Assembly (NCBI GenBank): GCA_047285805.1
Contig: JBJBCN010000002.1
Coordinates: forward strand, 576,001-640,000
DNA: 64,000 bases
Direction: 5' to 3'
Origin: Synechococcus sp.
Lineage (GTDB): Bacteria > Cyanobacteriota > Cyanobacteriia > PCC-6307 > Cyanobiaceae
Shown here: one piece after another, positions 30,209-41,200 of the stretch
How positions within the stretch are numbered: position 1 is the first letter of the stretch
How the letters are laid out: each line of letters opens with the position of its first letter
The notes under the pieces: generated by a model
Databases searched by the model: none
What the model was told of the DNA's origin: nothing
The model's input: the letters and a program-made list of their open reading frames with translations, nothing else
Program-made: the position numbers and the translations under genes

Positions 30209-30600
30209 GCGATCACCTCGATCCAGAGGAAGCCAGCCTGACGTGCGATCCCCGACTCTGGGATGCCGTTAGGCTTTTTAATGCCGGCGAGTGGTATGCC
30301 TGCCACGACGGTTTCGAAGCGCTCTGGCATGAAACCCAGGGCCCTTGCCGGCGGACCCTGCAGGGCATTCTTCAAATCGCGGTTGCCCACCACCACTTGG
30401 ACCGGGGCAATCAGAGGGGCGCGATGGTCCTCCTTGGCGAGGGCCTCGGTCGTCTGCAGGGTGCTGGGGCGGCGCAATTCGATCTCGCGCTTGACCCCCT
30501 GCGGCAGGCTGCCCGCGAGCGTCTGTTAGCCCTGCACGAGAACCGCTCGCTCGCGCATCTTCCGCTCCCAAAGCTCACCGTCATCTCTGCTGATTCCTAG
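30205..30600 (+). CDS. DUF309 domain protein
   Basis: LFNAGEWYACHDGFEALW, QGILQIAV. Confidence 0.85.
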   Translation: MSDHLDPEEASLTCDPRLWDAVRLFNAGEWYACHDGFEALWHETQGPCRRTLQGILQIAVAHHHLDRGNQRGAMVLLGEGLGRLQGAGAAQFDLALDPLRQAARERLLALHENRSLAHLPLPKLTVISADS

Positions 30601-30704
30601 GGAGGGGTAGAGGTGTACGGCGATACGATGGTGACCCTTGCGTCGCATGAGTGGGCTTGGCCGCAGATCGCAGCAGTGCCCGCCGCCGGTGCAGCCTTTT
30701 GAGC

Positions 30705-31181
30705 ATGGCCGTCAGCCTGGGTTGTCTGGCACTGCCGGCTTGGTCGCAGTCCACGGTTCCGGGCGCTGAAGTCATCAGCATTGAGGCCGCGGAGACAACG
30801 GTCGTAGAAGTGGAGGGTGCCGAGCCCCTCCCCACCAAGCCCCTGAGCATCAACACCGGCTTGGTCACAATCGAATCGGATCAGCAGCAGGCGGATCAGC
30901 AGACGGGGGTCATTACGGCCCGCGGGAACGTCCGGATCGTCTATCCCGATGAGCGCGTGGTCGCCACCGCTCGCCAGGCCCAGTACTTCAGCAATGAGGG
31001 GCGCGTTGTCCTCAGCGGCGACGTGGACATCCTTCAGGATGGCGGGAATTGGCTTCGTGCTGAGCAGGTCACCTACCTGGTCGATAGCGAGCGGATGCAG
31101 GCCATCCCTGCGAAGGGTCAGCAGGTCTTCAGCCGCGTCGTTCTGCAGACGCTTCCCAGCTCAGAGCCAGCGAAGCGATGA
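30705..31181 (+). CDS. lptA: LptA/OstA-like periplasmic protein
   Basis: Signal peptide; IESDQQ..GVITARGNV, VLSGDV; upstream of lptB. Confidence 0.8.
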   Translation: MAVSLGCLALPAWSQSTVPGAEVISIEAAETTVVEVEGAEPLPTKPLSINTGLVTIESDQQQADQQTGVITARGNVRIVYPDERVVATARQAQYFSNEGRVVLSGDVDILQDGGNWLRAEQVTYLVDSERMQAIPAKGQQVFSRVVLQTLPSSEPAKR

Positions 31182-31906
31182 GTTTGGTTCTTGATCGCGT
31201 CGCCTTAACCATCGGCGGTCGGCCACTTGTCAAAGAGGTCAGCCTCAACCTCAACCCCGGTGAGGTGGTTGGTCTGCTTGGTCCCAACGGGGCGGGCAAA
31301 ACTACGACCTTCAACCTCGTCACCGGTCTGCTTCGCCCGGATTCCGGCGCGGTGAGCATGGATGACACCTGCGTTGCCGACTTTTCCATGCCGGAACGCG
31401 CTCGCTTGGGCATCGGCTACCTGCCCCAGGAAGCCAGCGTGTTCCGAAGCCTGAGTGTCCAGGAGAACTTGATGCTGGCCCTCCAGGAGAGTGGAGCCCC
31501 CAAGCAGGAGCGGCGCGAGCGCGTGGAGCACTTGGTCGAGGACTTCCACCTCAAGCCCTTTCAGCACCGCCTTGGTTACCAGCTCTCTGGTGGTGAACGG
31601 CGCCGCTGCGAAGTCGCGCGTGCCCTGGCCGTGGGCGAAAGCGGACCGCGTTATCTCCTGTTGGATGAGCCCTTTGCTGGGGTGGATCCTTTGGCGGTGG
31701 CGGACCTGCAGGCGTTGATTGCCGGATTGCGCGACCGGGGCATGGGTGTCCTGATCACGGACCACAACGTGCGCGAGACCCTCTCCATCACCGATCGGGC
31801 CTACATCCTCACCGAGGGGAGCATCCTTGCCAGCGGCCCGTCCCGCGAGATGGCCGATGACCCCCTGGTCCGTCGCCACTACCTCGGGGAGGACTTCAGG
31901 CTGTGA
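31178..31906 (+). CDS. lptB: LPS export ABC ATPase
   Basis: GLLGPNGAGKTT, GYLPQEASVF, LSGGERRRCE, DEPFAGVDP, TDHNVRETL. Confidence 0.95.
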   Translation: MSLVLDRVALTIGGRPLVKEVSLNLNPGEVVGLLGPNGAGKTTTFNLVTGLLRPDSGAVSMDDTCVADFSMPERARLGIGYLPQEASVFRSLSVQENLMLALQESGAPKQERRERVEHLVEDFHLKPFQHRLGYQLSGGERRRCEVARALAVGESGPRYLLLDEPFAGVDPLAVADLQALIAGLRDRGMGVLITDHNVRETLSITDRAYILTEGSILASGPSREMADDPLVRRHYLGEDFRL

Positions 31907-33105
31907 CGATCGCCCCAACCTGGAATGAGCCCTTGCGCCGCCAGTCCCAAAAACTCCAACGCCACTGGCGCAGCCTTCCACTCCTGGATCGCTGGCTGTT
32001 TGCCGAGATGTTGGGGCCGCTGCTCTTTGGCATCGCTGCCTTCACGGCGGTCTCCCTCTCGGTGGGTGTCGTCTTTGAGTTGGTCCGCAAGGTGGCCGAG
32101 GCTGGATTGCCGCTCTGGGCGGCTGGCAAGGTCTTGGCCCTGCGCATGCCAGGGTTCCTGGTGCTGTCGTTCCCCATGGCGACACTGATGGCCACCTTGT
32201 TGGCCTTTAGCCGTCTTTCGGGCAGTAGCGAACTGACCGCGCTGCGCAGTATCGGCGTGAAGACCTGGCGGATGGTGTTGCCCGCCTTGGTTCTGGCGTC
32301 CTTGATGACGCTGCTGACTTTTCTCTTTAACGACGTCATCGTCCCCAGCGCCAACTATTCGGCCTCGAATGTTCTCGATAGCGCCCTCGGCCGTGCGCTC
32401 TCCGCGCAAACCGGCAAGAATGTCGTTTATTCCCGTTTCGGCCGGATCACCCCTAAGGAGCCAGGCGGCAACGCCGGTGAGGGACTGACCCAACTGTTTT
32501 ATGCGAAGGAGTACAAGAACGGAGAAATGCAAGGGGTCACCTTGCTCGATTTCTCCCGCGAGGATCAGCAGCAGGTCCTGACGGCGAATACGGCGGTCTG
32601 GGATGAGATCCGGGCGATGTGGGAGTTCCGCAATGGCCGCATCCTGAATATCGACGCGGCCAACAACTTCACGACATCGGCCAACTACACGAGTTACTAC
32701 TACCCCTTTACCCGGGCCCCGCAGGACGTGGGCATGCTCCCCAGTGATGCTGCTCAGATGACCGTGGCTCAGGCGCGTCGAGCTGAAGCGCTACTGGTTC
32801 AGGCGGGTGATCAAAAGGAGGCCCGCCGGCTTCGGGTGCGAATCCAGGAGAAATTTGCCTTCCCGGCGATCTGCCTTGTCTTTGGCTTGATCGGCAGCAG
32901 CTTGGGGGTGAGGCCGAATTCCCGAACCAGCCGGAGCCAGGGCTTCGGGATCAGCGTCCTGCTGATCTTTGGCTACTACTTGATGTCCTTTATTTTCAGC
33001 TCCTTGGGCATCAAGGGAACCCTGTATCCCTTTTTCGCCGCCTGGCTGCCCGTCCTGATCGGCTTGGGCGGCGGACTTGTGCTGCTTCGCAAGGCCAGCC
33101 GCTGA
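31903..33105 (+). CDS. LptF/LptG family permease
   Basis: LDRWL, RLSGSSELTALRSIG, TM-periplasmic-TM layout. Confidence 0.9.
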   Translation: MTIAPTWNEPLRRQSQKLQRHWRSLPLLDRWLFAEMLGPLLFGIAAFTAVSLSVGVVFELVRKVAEAGLPLWAAGKVLALRMPGFLVLSFPMATLMATLLAFSRLSGSSELTALRSIGVKTWRMVLPALVLASLMTLLTFLFNDVIVPSANYSASNVLDSALGRALSAQTGKNVVYSRFGRITPKEPGGNAGEGLTQLFYAKEYKNGEMQGVTLLDFSREDQQQVLTANTAVWDEIRAMWEFRNGRILNIDAANNFTTSANYTSYYYPFTRAPQDVGMLPSDAAQMTVAQARRAEALLVQAGDQKEARRLRVRIQEKFAFPAICLVFGLIGSSLGVRPNSRTSRSQGFGISVLLIFGYYLMSFIFSSLGIKGTLYPFFAAWLPVLIGLGGGLVLLRKASR

Positions 33106-33159
33106 ATCTCGCACTTGCGCGGCAGACTGGTCAGCATCTTTGACCTCGTCAGCGGTTTC

Positions 33160-34074
33160 GTGACCGATCCGGTTCTCGCGCTTGGCCTTGCGGCGTTTGC
33201 CCTGCTGCTTCTGGCCCTGCCCCTGTCCTTTTGGAGCGTGAGTGGTGCCGGTAAAGGCAGCACTGTGGTGCGTCTGCTCGTGGCGACGGCCAATCTGGCC
33301 CTGACCGCTCAATTGGTCCTGCGCTGGTGGCAATCGGGCCACTTCCCGATCAGCAACCTCTACGAGTCTCTCTGCTTCCTGGCCTGGGCCTGCACCTTGA
33401 CCCAGCTGCTGGTAGAGCGCACCTACCGCTCACCGCTGGTGGCGGCCTCCGCTACACCTATTGGACTGGGATGCGTGGCATTCGCCTCCTTCGCGCTGCC
33501 CGACCAACTCCAACAGGCCGCTCCCCTGGTTCCGGCTCTGCGTTCGAGTTGGTTGGTGATGCACGTCAGCGTGATCATGGTCAGCTATGCCGCCCTCTTG
33601 GTCGGCTCCCTGCTGTCGATGGCGGTGCTCTTCACTGATCGCGGCGAGGCCTTGGAGCTGCGTAGCAGTTCGATCGGTAGCGGCGGTTTCCGTCAAGCAC
33701 GACTGGCGGCCGATGGTGCTCCGGCCGATCTCTCCCTAAGCAGCGCCGCGTTGTCCTTGAGCGAGCAGCTCGACAGCTTGAGCTATCGCACCATCACCGT
33801 CGGTTTTCTACTGCTTTCGGTTGGCATCGTTAGCGGCGCTGTCTGGGCCAATGAGGCTTGGGGGAGCTGGTGGAGCTGGGACCCGAAGGAAACCTGGGCC
33901 CTGATCTGTTGGCTGGTGTACGCCGCTTATCTGCACACCCGCTTGACACGGGGTTGGCAGGGGCGTCGCCCCGCCCTGGTTGCCGTGGCTGGATTTGTCG
34001 TGATCTGTGTCTGCTACATCGGCGTGAACCTGCTGGGGATTGGCCTGCACAGCTACGGCTGGTTCTTCAGCTAA
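33160..34074 (+). CDS. ccsA: Cytochrome c biogenesis protein CcsA (system II)
   Basis: [36 protein letters not shown] (WWD domain), GLHSYG. Confidence 0.95.
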   Translation: MTDPVLALGLAAFALLLLALPLSFWSVSGAGKGSTVVRLLVATANLALTAQLVLRWWQSGHFPISNLYESLCFLAWACTLTQLLVERTYRSPLVAASATPIGLGCVAFASFALPDQLQQAAPLVPALRSSWLVMHVSVIMVSYAALLVGSLLSMAVLFTDRGEALELRSSSIGSGGFRQARLAADGAPADLSLSSAALSLSEQLDSLSYRTITVGFLLLSVGIVSGAVWANEAWGSWWSWDPKETWALICWLVYAAYLHTRLTRGWQGRRPALVAVAGFVVICVCYIGVNLLGIGLHSYGWFFS

Positions 34075-34095
34075 CGCCTGCCGCCAGCACTTGTC

Positions 34096-34127
34096 ACCCA
34101 AAAACCCGGCATGCCGGGTTTTTGGGT
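34096..34127. terminator. Bidirectional terminator (32-bp perfect palindrome)
   Basis: ACCCAAAAACCCGGCA|TGCCGGGTTTTTGGGT between convergent ccsA and rpe. Confidence 0.8.
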
Positions 34128-34142
34128 CAGCCTTGGTTTCAC

Positions 34143-34811
34143 TCAGGGGCGCTTGCTGTTGCGGATGCCGGTGATTGCATCGGCGTAGCTCGGCTGGTTG
34201 AAGACGCCGGAGCCGCTCACGATCGCGTTGGCGCCCGCCTCGATGACCTTCCAGGCGTTATCGGCTTTGATGCCGCCATCGACTTCGATCCAGGGATCGA
34301 GCCCCTTCTCGTCGCACATGCGGCGCAGATCGCGGATCTTTTGGACCTGGCTCTCGATGAAGCTCTGACCACCGAATCCGGGGTTCACGCTCATCACCAA
34401 CACCAGATCGCAAAGCTCGAGGCAGTACTCGAGGGTGTCGATCGGGGTGCTGGGGTTCAGGACTGCGCCGGCCATCTTGCCCAGGTCCTTGATCTGAGCC
34501 AGGTTGCGGTGCAGGTGGGGGCACGCCTCGACCTGCACCGAGATGATGTCAGCACCTGCCTTGGCAAAGTCGGGGACGTACTTCTCGGGCTCGACGATCA
34601 TCAGGTGAACATCGAGGGGCTTCTTGGTCACCGGGCGCAGGGCCTCGACGATCATTGGTCCAATGGTGATGTTCGGCACGAAGCGTCCGTCCATCACATC
34701 CACGTGGATCCAGTCCGCACCGGCCTGATCCACCGCAAGAACGTCTTCACCAAGCCGGGAAAAATCCGCGGAAAGGATGGAGGGGGAGATCACCAGGGAT
34801 TTGGTGCTCAT
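34143..34811 (-). CDS. rpe: Ribulose-phosphate 3-epimerase
   Basis: [38 protein letters not shown]. Confidence 0.98.
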   Translation of the reverse strand: MSTKSLVISPSILSADFSRLGEDVLAVDQAGADWIHVDVMDGRFVPNITIGPMIVEALRPVTKKPLDVHLMIVEPEKYVPDFAKAGADIISVQVEACPHLHRNLAQIKDLGKMAGAVLNPSTPIDTLEYCLELCDLVLVMSVNPGFGGQSFIESQVQKIRDLRRMCDEKGLDPWIEVDGGIKADNAWKVIEAGANAIVSGSGVFNQPSYADAITGIRNSKRP

Positions 34812-35047
34812 GAAACGCAACCGCGGCTGAACAGAGGGAGATTGTAGGAATCGCCAGATCCCCCCTCTAGCCCAGGCACGGCGGCGGGTTCACCGGGTTG
34901 CACTGATACAGTGGGCGGCGCTTAAAGCCCGAGAGGCACTGCTGCTGCTTGACTTCCACTCATTGATTGGCCTCTCGGCCATCAACGGAATGTCCCAGCG
35001 CATCTGCGCCCTCTCAGCGCTTCATCCCTTCCCATCGCCGGACCGCC

Positions 35048-36052
35048 GTGGATCGCACCCTGATTCAAGAAATTCTCGAGGTTGTTGAGCAGGCAGGCAT
35101 TGCTTCCGCCAAGCTCACCGGCATGGGCCTCAAGAATGAGGCAGACGCAGCCGCCGTGGAGGCGATGCGTGAACGCATGTACAAGATCCAGATGCAGGGC
35201 CGCATCGTGATCGGTGAGGGTGAGCGCGACGAAGCTCCCATGCTTTACATCGGTGAAGAAGTGGGCAGCGGCACTGGCCCTGGCGTCGACTTCGCTGTGG
35301 ACCCCTGCGAAGGCACCAACCTGTGCGCCAACAGCCAGCGTGGCTCCATGGCCGTTCTAGCTGCTTCCGACCGCGGTGGTCTCTTCAATGCTCCTGACTT
35401 CTACATGAAGAAGCTGGCTGCACCCCCGGCTGCCAAGGGCAAGGTGGACATCAATAAGTCCGCCACCGAGAACATCAAGATCCTCAGCGAGTGCCTCGGC
35501 CTTCCCGCTGAAGAGCTTGTGATCGTAGTCATGGATCGCGCCCGCCATAAGGACCTGATCAAGGAAATCCGCGCCACCGGCGCTCGTGTTCAGCCCATCT
35601 CCGACGGCGACGTTCAAGCCGCCATCGCTTGTGGCTTCGCCGGCACCGGCACCCACTGCCTGATGGGCATTGGTGCTGCTCCCGAAGGCGTGATTTCTGC
35701 CGCAGCCCTGCGCGCTCTGGGTGGTCACTTCCAGGGGCAACTGGTTTATGACCCCGCTGTGGCTCAGACCTCTGAGTGGGAAGGCCTGACCAAGGAAGGC
35801 AACCTGGCCCGCCTGGCAGAAATGGGCATCACCGATCCCGACCGCGTTTACGAAGCCAACGAGCTTGCTTGCGGTGAGAACGTTGTGTTCGCTGCCACCG
35901 GCATCACCGACGGCCTGCTCTTCGATGGCGTCAAGTTCGAGAAGGACTGCACCCGCACCAGCTCTTTGGTGATTAGTACGCTCGACAACACTGCCCGTTT
36001 CACCACGACGGTGCACATAAAGGACGGCGCCCAGAGCATCGCTCTGCGCTGA
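35048..36052 (+). CDS. glpX: Class II fructose-1,6-/sedoheptulose-1,7-bisphosphatase
   Basis: [35 protein letters not shown]. Confidence 0.97.
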   Translation: MDRTLIQEILEVVEQAGIASAKLTGMGLKNEADAAAVEAMRERMYKIQMQGRIVIGEGERDEAPMLYIGEEVGSGTGPGVDFAVDPCEGTNLCANSQRGSMAVLAASDRGGLFNAPDFYMKKLAAPPAAKGKVDINKSATENIKILSECLGLPAEELVIVVMDRARHKDLIKEIRATGARVQPISDGDVQAAIACGFAGTGTHCLMGIGAAPEGVISAAALRALGGHFQGQLVYDPAVAQTSEWEGLTKEGNLARLAEMGITDPDRVYEANELACGENVVFAATGITDGLLFDGVKFEKDCTRTSSLVISTLDNTARFTTTVHIKDGAQSIALR

Positions 36053-36071
36053 TTGCTCGATCAGACCAGGC

Positions 36072-36104
36072 CGGGTCTTCTCATGGAGGCCCGGATCTCT
36101 TTTT
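36072..36104 (+). terminator. Hairpin/terminator after glpX
   Basis: CCGGGTCTTC-TCAT-GGAGGCCCGG (with G-U pairs) then ATCTCTTTTT. Confidence 0.5.
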
Positions 36105-36139
36105 CGCCGTTCTCGCCGCGCACCCCAGGGTCAACCTTC

Positions 36140-37444
36140 ATGCACATCGCCGTCGTCGGACTCAGTCACCGAACGGCCCCGGTTGAGATCCGGGAACGTC
36201 TCAGCATTGCTGAGCAGAGCATGGAGGATTCCCTCCAGCGCCTGCGGGCGGATGAACAGGTCCTCGAGGCTTCGATCCTCAGCACCTGCAACCGACTTGA
36301 GATCTACACCTTGCTTCGCAACCCTGAGCAGGGGGTTTCAGCGGTTGGCAGCTTTCTTTCCCAGCATTCCGGGCTTGAGCTCTCTGAGCTCATGCCCCAC
36401 CTGTTCGCTTACCACCACGAAGAAGCGATCGGCCACCTGATGCGTGTGGCAGCGGGTCTCGACTCGCTCGTCTTGGGGGAGGGTCAGATCCTCTCCCAGG
36501 TCAAAAAGATGTACCGACTGGGCCAAGAGCATCGCTCGATCGGCCCGATCCTGAATCGTCTGCTCAATCAGGCTGTCAGCACCGGTAAGCGGGTTCGTTC
36601 GGAGACCAACCTGGGCACGGGTGCGGTCTCCATCAGTTCTGCGGCCGTCGAGCTGGCCCAGCTCAAGGTGGGTCAGGCCCGCGGTATTGATGATCTTGTT
36701 CCCCTGGATCAAGAACAGATTGCCGTGGTGGGTGCGGGTCGAATGGCTCGACTTCTGCTCCAGCACCTTCAGGCCAAGGGGGCCAGCGGTGTCGTTTTGC
36801 TGAACCGCACTGTGTCACGGGCAGAAGAGATGGCTGTGGATTTTCCGGGTCTCCCTGTTCAGTGCCGTCCCCTCAGCGATCTCAACCATTGCCTGAGCAC
36901 TTGCTCACTGGTCTTTACCAGTACAGGAGCTGACGATCCGATCATCACGGCTGAGCGCCTGACTCAGCTCAATCGACGATCCTCGTTGATGTTGATGGAC
37001 ATCGGTGTCCCCAGGAACATATCCGCCGATGTTGCGGAGCTGAGCGGGATTGCTTCGTACGACGTCGACGATCTCCAGGAGGTAGTCGCCCGCAACCAGG
37101 AAGCTCGACGCGAGATTGCCGCTGAAGCGGAGGGGATGCTCCAACAGGAGGGCAAACAATTCATCGAGTGGTGGGATGGACTTGAGGCTGTTCCGGTGGC
37201 CAATCGTCTGAGGACCCAACTCGAGGAGATTCGTGAGCAGGAACTGCAAAAGGCCTTGAGTCGGATGGGTCCTGATCTTTCCGCCCGCGAGCGCAAGGTC
37301 GTCGAGGCGCTGAGCAAGGGGATCATCAACAAAATCCTGCACGGACCGGTCACAAAACTGCGGGCACCCCAGCCGCGTCAGCAGCGCCATCAGGCGATGA
37401 AAGTCGTTCAAGAGCTGTTCGATCTCGACGAGCTTCAGGCTTGA
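36140..37444 (+). CDS. hemA: Glutamyl-tRNA reductase
   Basis: GLSHRTAPVEIRE, STCNRLEIY, LGEGQILSQV, GAGRM. Confidence 0.97.
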   Translation: MHIAVVGLSHRTAPVEIRERLSIAEQSMEDSLQRLRADEQVLEASILSTCNRLEIYTLLRNPEQGVSAVGSFLSQHSGLELSELMPHLFAYHHEEAIGHLMRVAAGLDSLVLGEGQILSQVKKMYRLGQEHRSIGPILNRLLNQAVSTGKRVRSETNLGTGAVSISSAAVELAQLKVGQARGIDDLVPLDQEQIAVVGAGRMARLLLQHLQAKGASGVVLLNRTVSRAEEMAVDFPGLPVQCRPLSDLNHCLSTCSLVFTSTGADDPIITAERLTQLNRRSSLMLMDIGVPRNISADVAELSGIASYDVDDLQEVVARNQEARREIAAEAEGMLQQEGKQFIEWWDGLEAVPVANRLRTQLEEIREQELQKALSRMGPDLSARERKVVEALSKGIINKILHGPVTKLRAPQPRQQRHQAMKVVQELFDLDELQA

Positions 37445-37581
37445 TTTCCTCTTTCTTTGACAGGTCCAATGGGCTCGCCCACGCAATCCCGTACGAATTC
37501 CCGCCAATGTGCTTCAAAAGCCTCGGAGCCGCCTCAAGAATCGCTTAACGTCTCCGTGCTTTAAAGGCGAAGAGGGAAGCG

Positions 37582-38877
37582 ATGAAGCGCGTTCTGGCGA
37601 TCATTCTGGGCGGTGGAGCAGGCACCCGCCTCTACCCTCTGACCAAGATGCGGGCCAAGCCCGCTGTGCCACTGGCTGGCAAGTATCGACTGATTGATAT
37701 CCCCATCAGCAACTGCATCAACTCGGACATCAACAAGATGTACGTATTGACTCAGTTCAACAGTGCGTCACTGAATCGCCACCTGAGCCAGAGCTACAAC
37801 CTCTCTTCTGGCTTTGGCCAAGGTTTTGTGGAGGTATTGGCGGCCCAGCAGACCCCTGAGAGCCCCAGCTGGTTCGAGGGCACGGCTGATGCTGTGCGCA
37901 AGTATCAGTGGCTATTCCAAGAGTGGGATGTCGACCACTACCTGATCCTCTCCGGTGACCAGCTCTACCGGATGGACTACAGCGAGTTCGTCAATCACCA
38001 CATCGCCACCCGCGCTGATGTCAGCATCGGCGCCCTGCCGGTGGATGCCCCCCAGGCGGAAGCCTTCGGCCTGATGCACACCGATGAGAAAGGTAAGATC
38101 CGCGAGTTTCGTGAGAAGCCCAAGGGTGAGGCGCTCAAGGAGATGTGGGTAGATACGTCTCGTCTGGGTCTCTCCGCAGAGCAAGCCGAGAAGCGCCCCT
38201 ACCTGGCCTCGATGGGGATCTATGTCTTCAGTCGCGAGACCCTGTTTGACCTGCTGGCCAAGAACCCCTCCGCCACCGACTTCGGCAAGGAGCTGATCCC
38301 GGCAGCCCTCGAGCGTGGTGACCACATTCAGAGCTATCTCTTCGATGACTACTGGGAAGACATCGGAACCATCGGTGCCTTCTATGAGGCCAACTTGGCT
38401 CTGACCGACCAGCCGAATCCGGCCTTCTCCTTCTACGAGGAGTCCTTTCCGATCTACACCCGTCCGCGCTACCTGCCCCCCAGCAAGTTGCTGGACTCCC
38501 AGGTCACCCAATCGATCATTGGCGAGGGCTCGATCCTCAAGTCCTGCAGCATTCACCACTGCGTTCTCGGCGTACGCAGCCGCGTTGAAGAGGACGCCGT
38601 CCTGCAGGACACTCTGGTGATGGGTAACGACTTCTTTGAGTCCCCCTCCGATCGCGACGCTCTGCGTCAACGGGGCGGAACCCCTGTGGGCGTTGGCCGT
38701 GGAACGACCGTGAAGCGCGCCATCCTCGACAAGAACGTCCGCATTGGCGACAACGTCACCATCGTCAACAAGGACCATGTCGAGGAGGCTGACCGCCCTG
38801 AGCACGGCTTCTACATCCGCAACGGCATCGTGGTTGTCGTGAAGAACGCCACCATCCCTGATAACACCGTCATCTGA
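37582..38877 (+). CDS. glgC: Glucose-1-phosphate adenylyltransferase
   Basis: [37 protein letters not shown]. Confidence 0.98.
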   Translation: MKRVLAIILGGGAGTRLYPLTKMRAKPAVPLAGKYRLIDIPISNCINSDINKMYVLTQFNSASLNRHLSQSYNLSSGFGQGFVEVLAAQQTPESPSWFEGTADAVRKYQWLFQEWDVDHYLILSGDQLYRMDYSEFVNHHIATRADVSIGALPVDAPQAEAFGLMHTDEKGKIREFREKPKGEALKEMWVDTSRLGLSAEQAEKRPYLASMGIYVFSRETLFDLLAKNPSATDFGKELIPAALERGDHIQSYLFDDYWEDIGTIGAFYEANLALTDQPNPAFSFYEESFPIYTRPRYLPPSKLLDSQVTQSIIGEGSILKSCSIHHCVLGVRSRVEEDAVLQDTLVMGNDFFESPSDRDALRQRGGTPVGVGRGTTVKRAILDKNVRIGDNVTIVNKDHVEEADRPEHGFYIRNGIVVVVKNATIPDNTVI

Positions 38878-38900
38878 TCCGAACATTTCTGACGCGTTCT

Positions 38901-38929
38901 CTCCCTGGTCCGCTGGGGAGTTTTTTTTT
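38901..38929 (+). terminator. Rho-independent terminator
   Basis: CTCCCTGG-TCCG-CTGGGGAG then T9. Confidence 0.8.
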
Positions 38930-39020
38930 GCTCATTCGTCGTGTTTCAGTGTTCGCCAACAACGGTCCCCGCCGCTGCAGGACGTCGCCACACTGTTGAT
39001 ATTGGACACCTCAACGCTCC

Positions 39021-40439
39021 ATGGACAAGGCCCATTTCGGCTTGATCGGTCTCGGCGTGATGGGCGAGAACCTGGTTCTCAACGCCGAACGCAATGGTTT
39101 CTCGAGCGTGGTCTACAACCGCACCTACGCCAAGACCGAAGAATTCCTCGCTGGTCTTGGAGCGGGCAAGAACATTGTTGGTTCCTCCAGCCTGGAGGAT
39201 TTTGTGAGCAGGCTCCAGCACCCGCGTCGGATCTTGATGATGGTCAAGGCCGGTCCGGCGGTGGATGCGGTCATTCAAGAAATCTCTCCCTATCTCGAAG
39301 CGGGTGATCTTTTGATAGATGGTGGAAACTCGGAATATCACGACACCGAGCGCCGCGTCGCCGAGCTAGAGAGCAAGAGTTTCGGCTTCATCGGCATGGG
39401 CGTCTCGGGTGGTGCCAAGGGAGCACTCGAGGGGCCAAGCATGATGCCCGGCGGCACCAAGTCCTCCTATGACGCCATCGAGAGCCTGGTCTGCAAGATG
39501 GCCGCCCAGGTCGAGGACGGTCCTTGTGTCACTTACATCGGTCCAGGCGGTTCCGGTCACTTCGTCAAGACCGTCCACAACGGGATTGAGTACGGGATCG
39601 AGCAGATCCTTGCGGAGGCCTACGATCTGCTCAAGCGGGTGGGGGACCAGAACGGCACCCAGATGGCGGACATCTTCCGCCATTGGAACAGCACCGAGGA
39701 GTTGGCCTCCTACCTGGTGGAGATAACCGAGGTATGCCTGCGCACGAAGGACACAAATGACGGTAGCGATCTGGTGGAGAAGATTGTCGACCAAGCTGGT
39801 CAGAAGGGCACTGGCCTTTGGACTGTCGTGAGTGCCCTGCAGATGGGGGCACCGGTGCCAACGATTTATGCCGCCTTGAATGGCCGCGTGATGAGCTCGA
39901 TCAAGTCCCAGCGCATCGAGGCTGAGGCCATCCTCCAGGGACCGGCTGTTAAAGCGTTCGATCTCGTTAATCCCGCCGATGGGAGCGGCCCGCTGATGGA
40001 TGCCGTCGTCCTGGCCTGCATGGCGAGCTATGCCCAGGGAATGGAACTGCTGCGGATCGCCTCCGCCGAGCACGACTACAACCTCAATATGCCCTCCATC
40101 GCTCAGATCTGGAAGGGGGGATGCATCATCCGCGCACGCCTGCTCAAGCGCATCCAGAACGCCTTTAACGCCAATCCCCAGCTGGAGAACCTGCTGATCG
40201 ATCCCTGGTTTGCCGACCAGGTGAACCGTCGCCTGCCAGGTCTGGCCAAGGTCGTTGCTGGTGCAGCTGAAGCGGGGATCCCGGTTCCGTGCCTGAGCAG
40301 CACTCTGGACTACATCAACAGCTATCGCACTGCTCGTCTGCCCCAGAACCTTGTTCAGGCGATGCGGGATTGCTTCGGCTCCCACACCTATCAGCGTGTG
40401 GATCAAGAGGGGACCTTCCACACCGAATGGCTCGATTGA
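39021..40439 (+). CDS. gnd: 6-phosphogluconate dehydrogenase (decarboxylating)
   Basis: GLIGLGVMG, HNGIEYG, QKGTG, QAMRDCFGSHTY. Confidence 0.97.
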   Translation: MDKAHFGLIGLGVMGENLVLNAERNGFSSVVYNRTYAKTEEFLAGLGAGKNIVGSSSLEDFVSRLQHPRRILMMVKAGPAVDAVIQEISPYLEAGDLLIDGGNSEYHDTERRVAELESKSFGFIGMGVSGGAKGALEGPSMMPGGTKSSYDAIESLVCKMAAQVEDGPCVTYIGPGGSGHFVKTVHNGIEYGIEQILAEAYDLLKRVGDQNGTQMADIFRHWNSTEELASYLVEITEVCLRTKDTNDGSDLVEKIVDQAGQKGTGLWTVVSALQMGAPVPTIYAALNGRVMSSIKSQRIEAEAILQGPAVKAFDLVNPADGSGPLMDAVVLACMASYAQGMELLRIASAEHDYNLNMPSIAQIWKGGCIIRARLLKRIQNAFNANPQLENLLIDPWFADQVNRRLPGLAKVVAGAAEAGIPVPCLSSTLDYINSYRTARLPQNLVQAMRDCFGSHTYQRVDQEGTFHTEWLD

Positions 40440-40449
40440 GGTCATGGTG

Positions 40450-41175
40450 ATGACCACTTATCGGATTAAACGCGCTCGGGATTCCCAGGACCTGGCGCGG
40501 ATAGCGGCCCAGACGATCGCTTCCTATCTTGACCTCGCCCTCGACCAACGGGATCGGGCACAACTCGCCCTCTCCGGTGGCAGCACCCCTGCGGTTGCCT
40601 ATGGCCTTCTGGGTCAGGAGCACCTGCCGTGGGAACGTGTCGATGTCTTTCTCGGCGATGAGCGCTGGGTCGATGCGGATGATGCCTCTAGCAATGCCCG
40701 GATGCTGCGCCAGACCCTTCTCAAGCAAGGTCCGGGAAGCCATGCGGCATTCCATCCCGTCCCGACGGTGACTCTGCCGACACCTGATGAGAGTGCCGCC
40801 GCATTTCAGGCCGCCATCGAGAAGGTCTGTCCTGGGGAGCCACCGATCTTTGACTTGATGGTGCTCGGTCTGGGGGAAGACGGCCACACGGCCTCCCTCT
40901 TTCCAGGCACTGAGGCACCGACGGTCACCGATCGCTGGACCGCCGTTGGCCGTGGCAAGGGCCTTGAGCGCATCACGTTGACCGCTCCGGTTCTCAGCGC
41001 ATCCCGCCAGGTGATCTTTTTGGTGAGTGGTGCAGGGAAGGCCGAGGCGCTAGCCCGTCTTCTGGATCCCGCCGAATCCCCCCAGAGGACTCCAGCCAAG
41101 TTGGTGACTCCCCACACCGAGGTCCTGGTGTTGGCCGATGAGGACTCGCTCGCCGGAGATATTGCGTCAGGCTGA
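40450..41175 (+). CDS. pgl: 6-phosphogluconolactonase
   Basis: LSGGSTP, GDERWV, LGLGEDGHTASLFP. Confidence 0.95.
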   Translation: MTTYRIKRARDSQDLARIAAQTIASYLDLALDQRDRAQLALSGGSTPAVAYGLLGQEHLPWERVDVFLGDERWVDADDASSNARMLRQTLLKQGPGSHAAFHPVPTVTLPTPDESAAAFQAAIEKVCPGEPPIFDLMVLGLGEDGHTASLFPGTEAPTVTDRWTAVGRGKGLERITLTAPVLSASRQVIFLVSGAGKAEALARLLDPAESPQRTPAKLVTPHTEVLVLADEDSLAGDIASG

Positions 41176-41200
41176 TGTCATGTTCCTCTGGATCGCGTGA

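Noticed and set aside
34901..34913. CACTG-ATA-CAGTG inverted repeat in the rpe/glpX divergent promoter
   Set aside because: Only 5-bp arms and it overlaps a plausible -10 (TACAGT); too weak to call an operator.
14833..40457. Many long antisense ORFs (e.g. 14833-16161, 23695-24729, 33858-34847, 37912-38886, 39366-40457)
   Set aside because: Shadow frames of well-supported GC-rich genes on the opposite strand, with no recognisable motifs.
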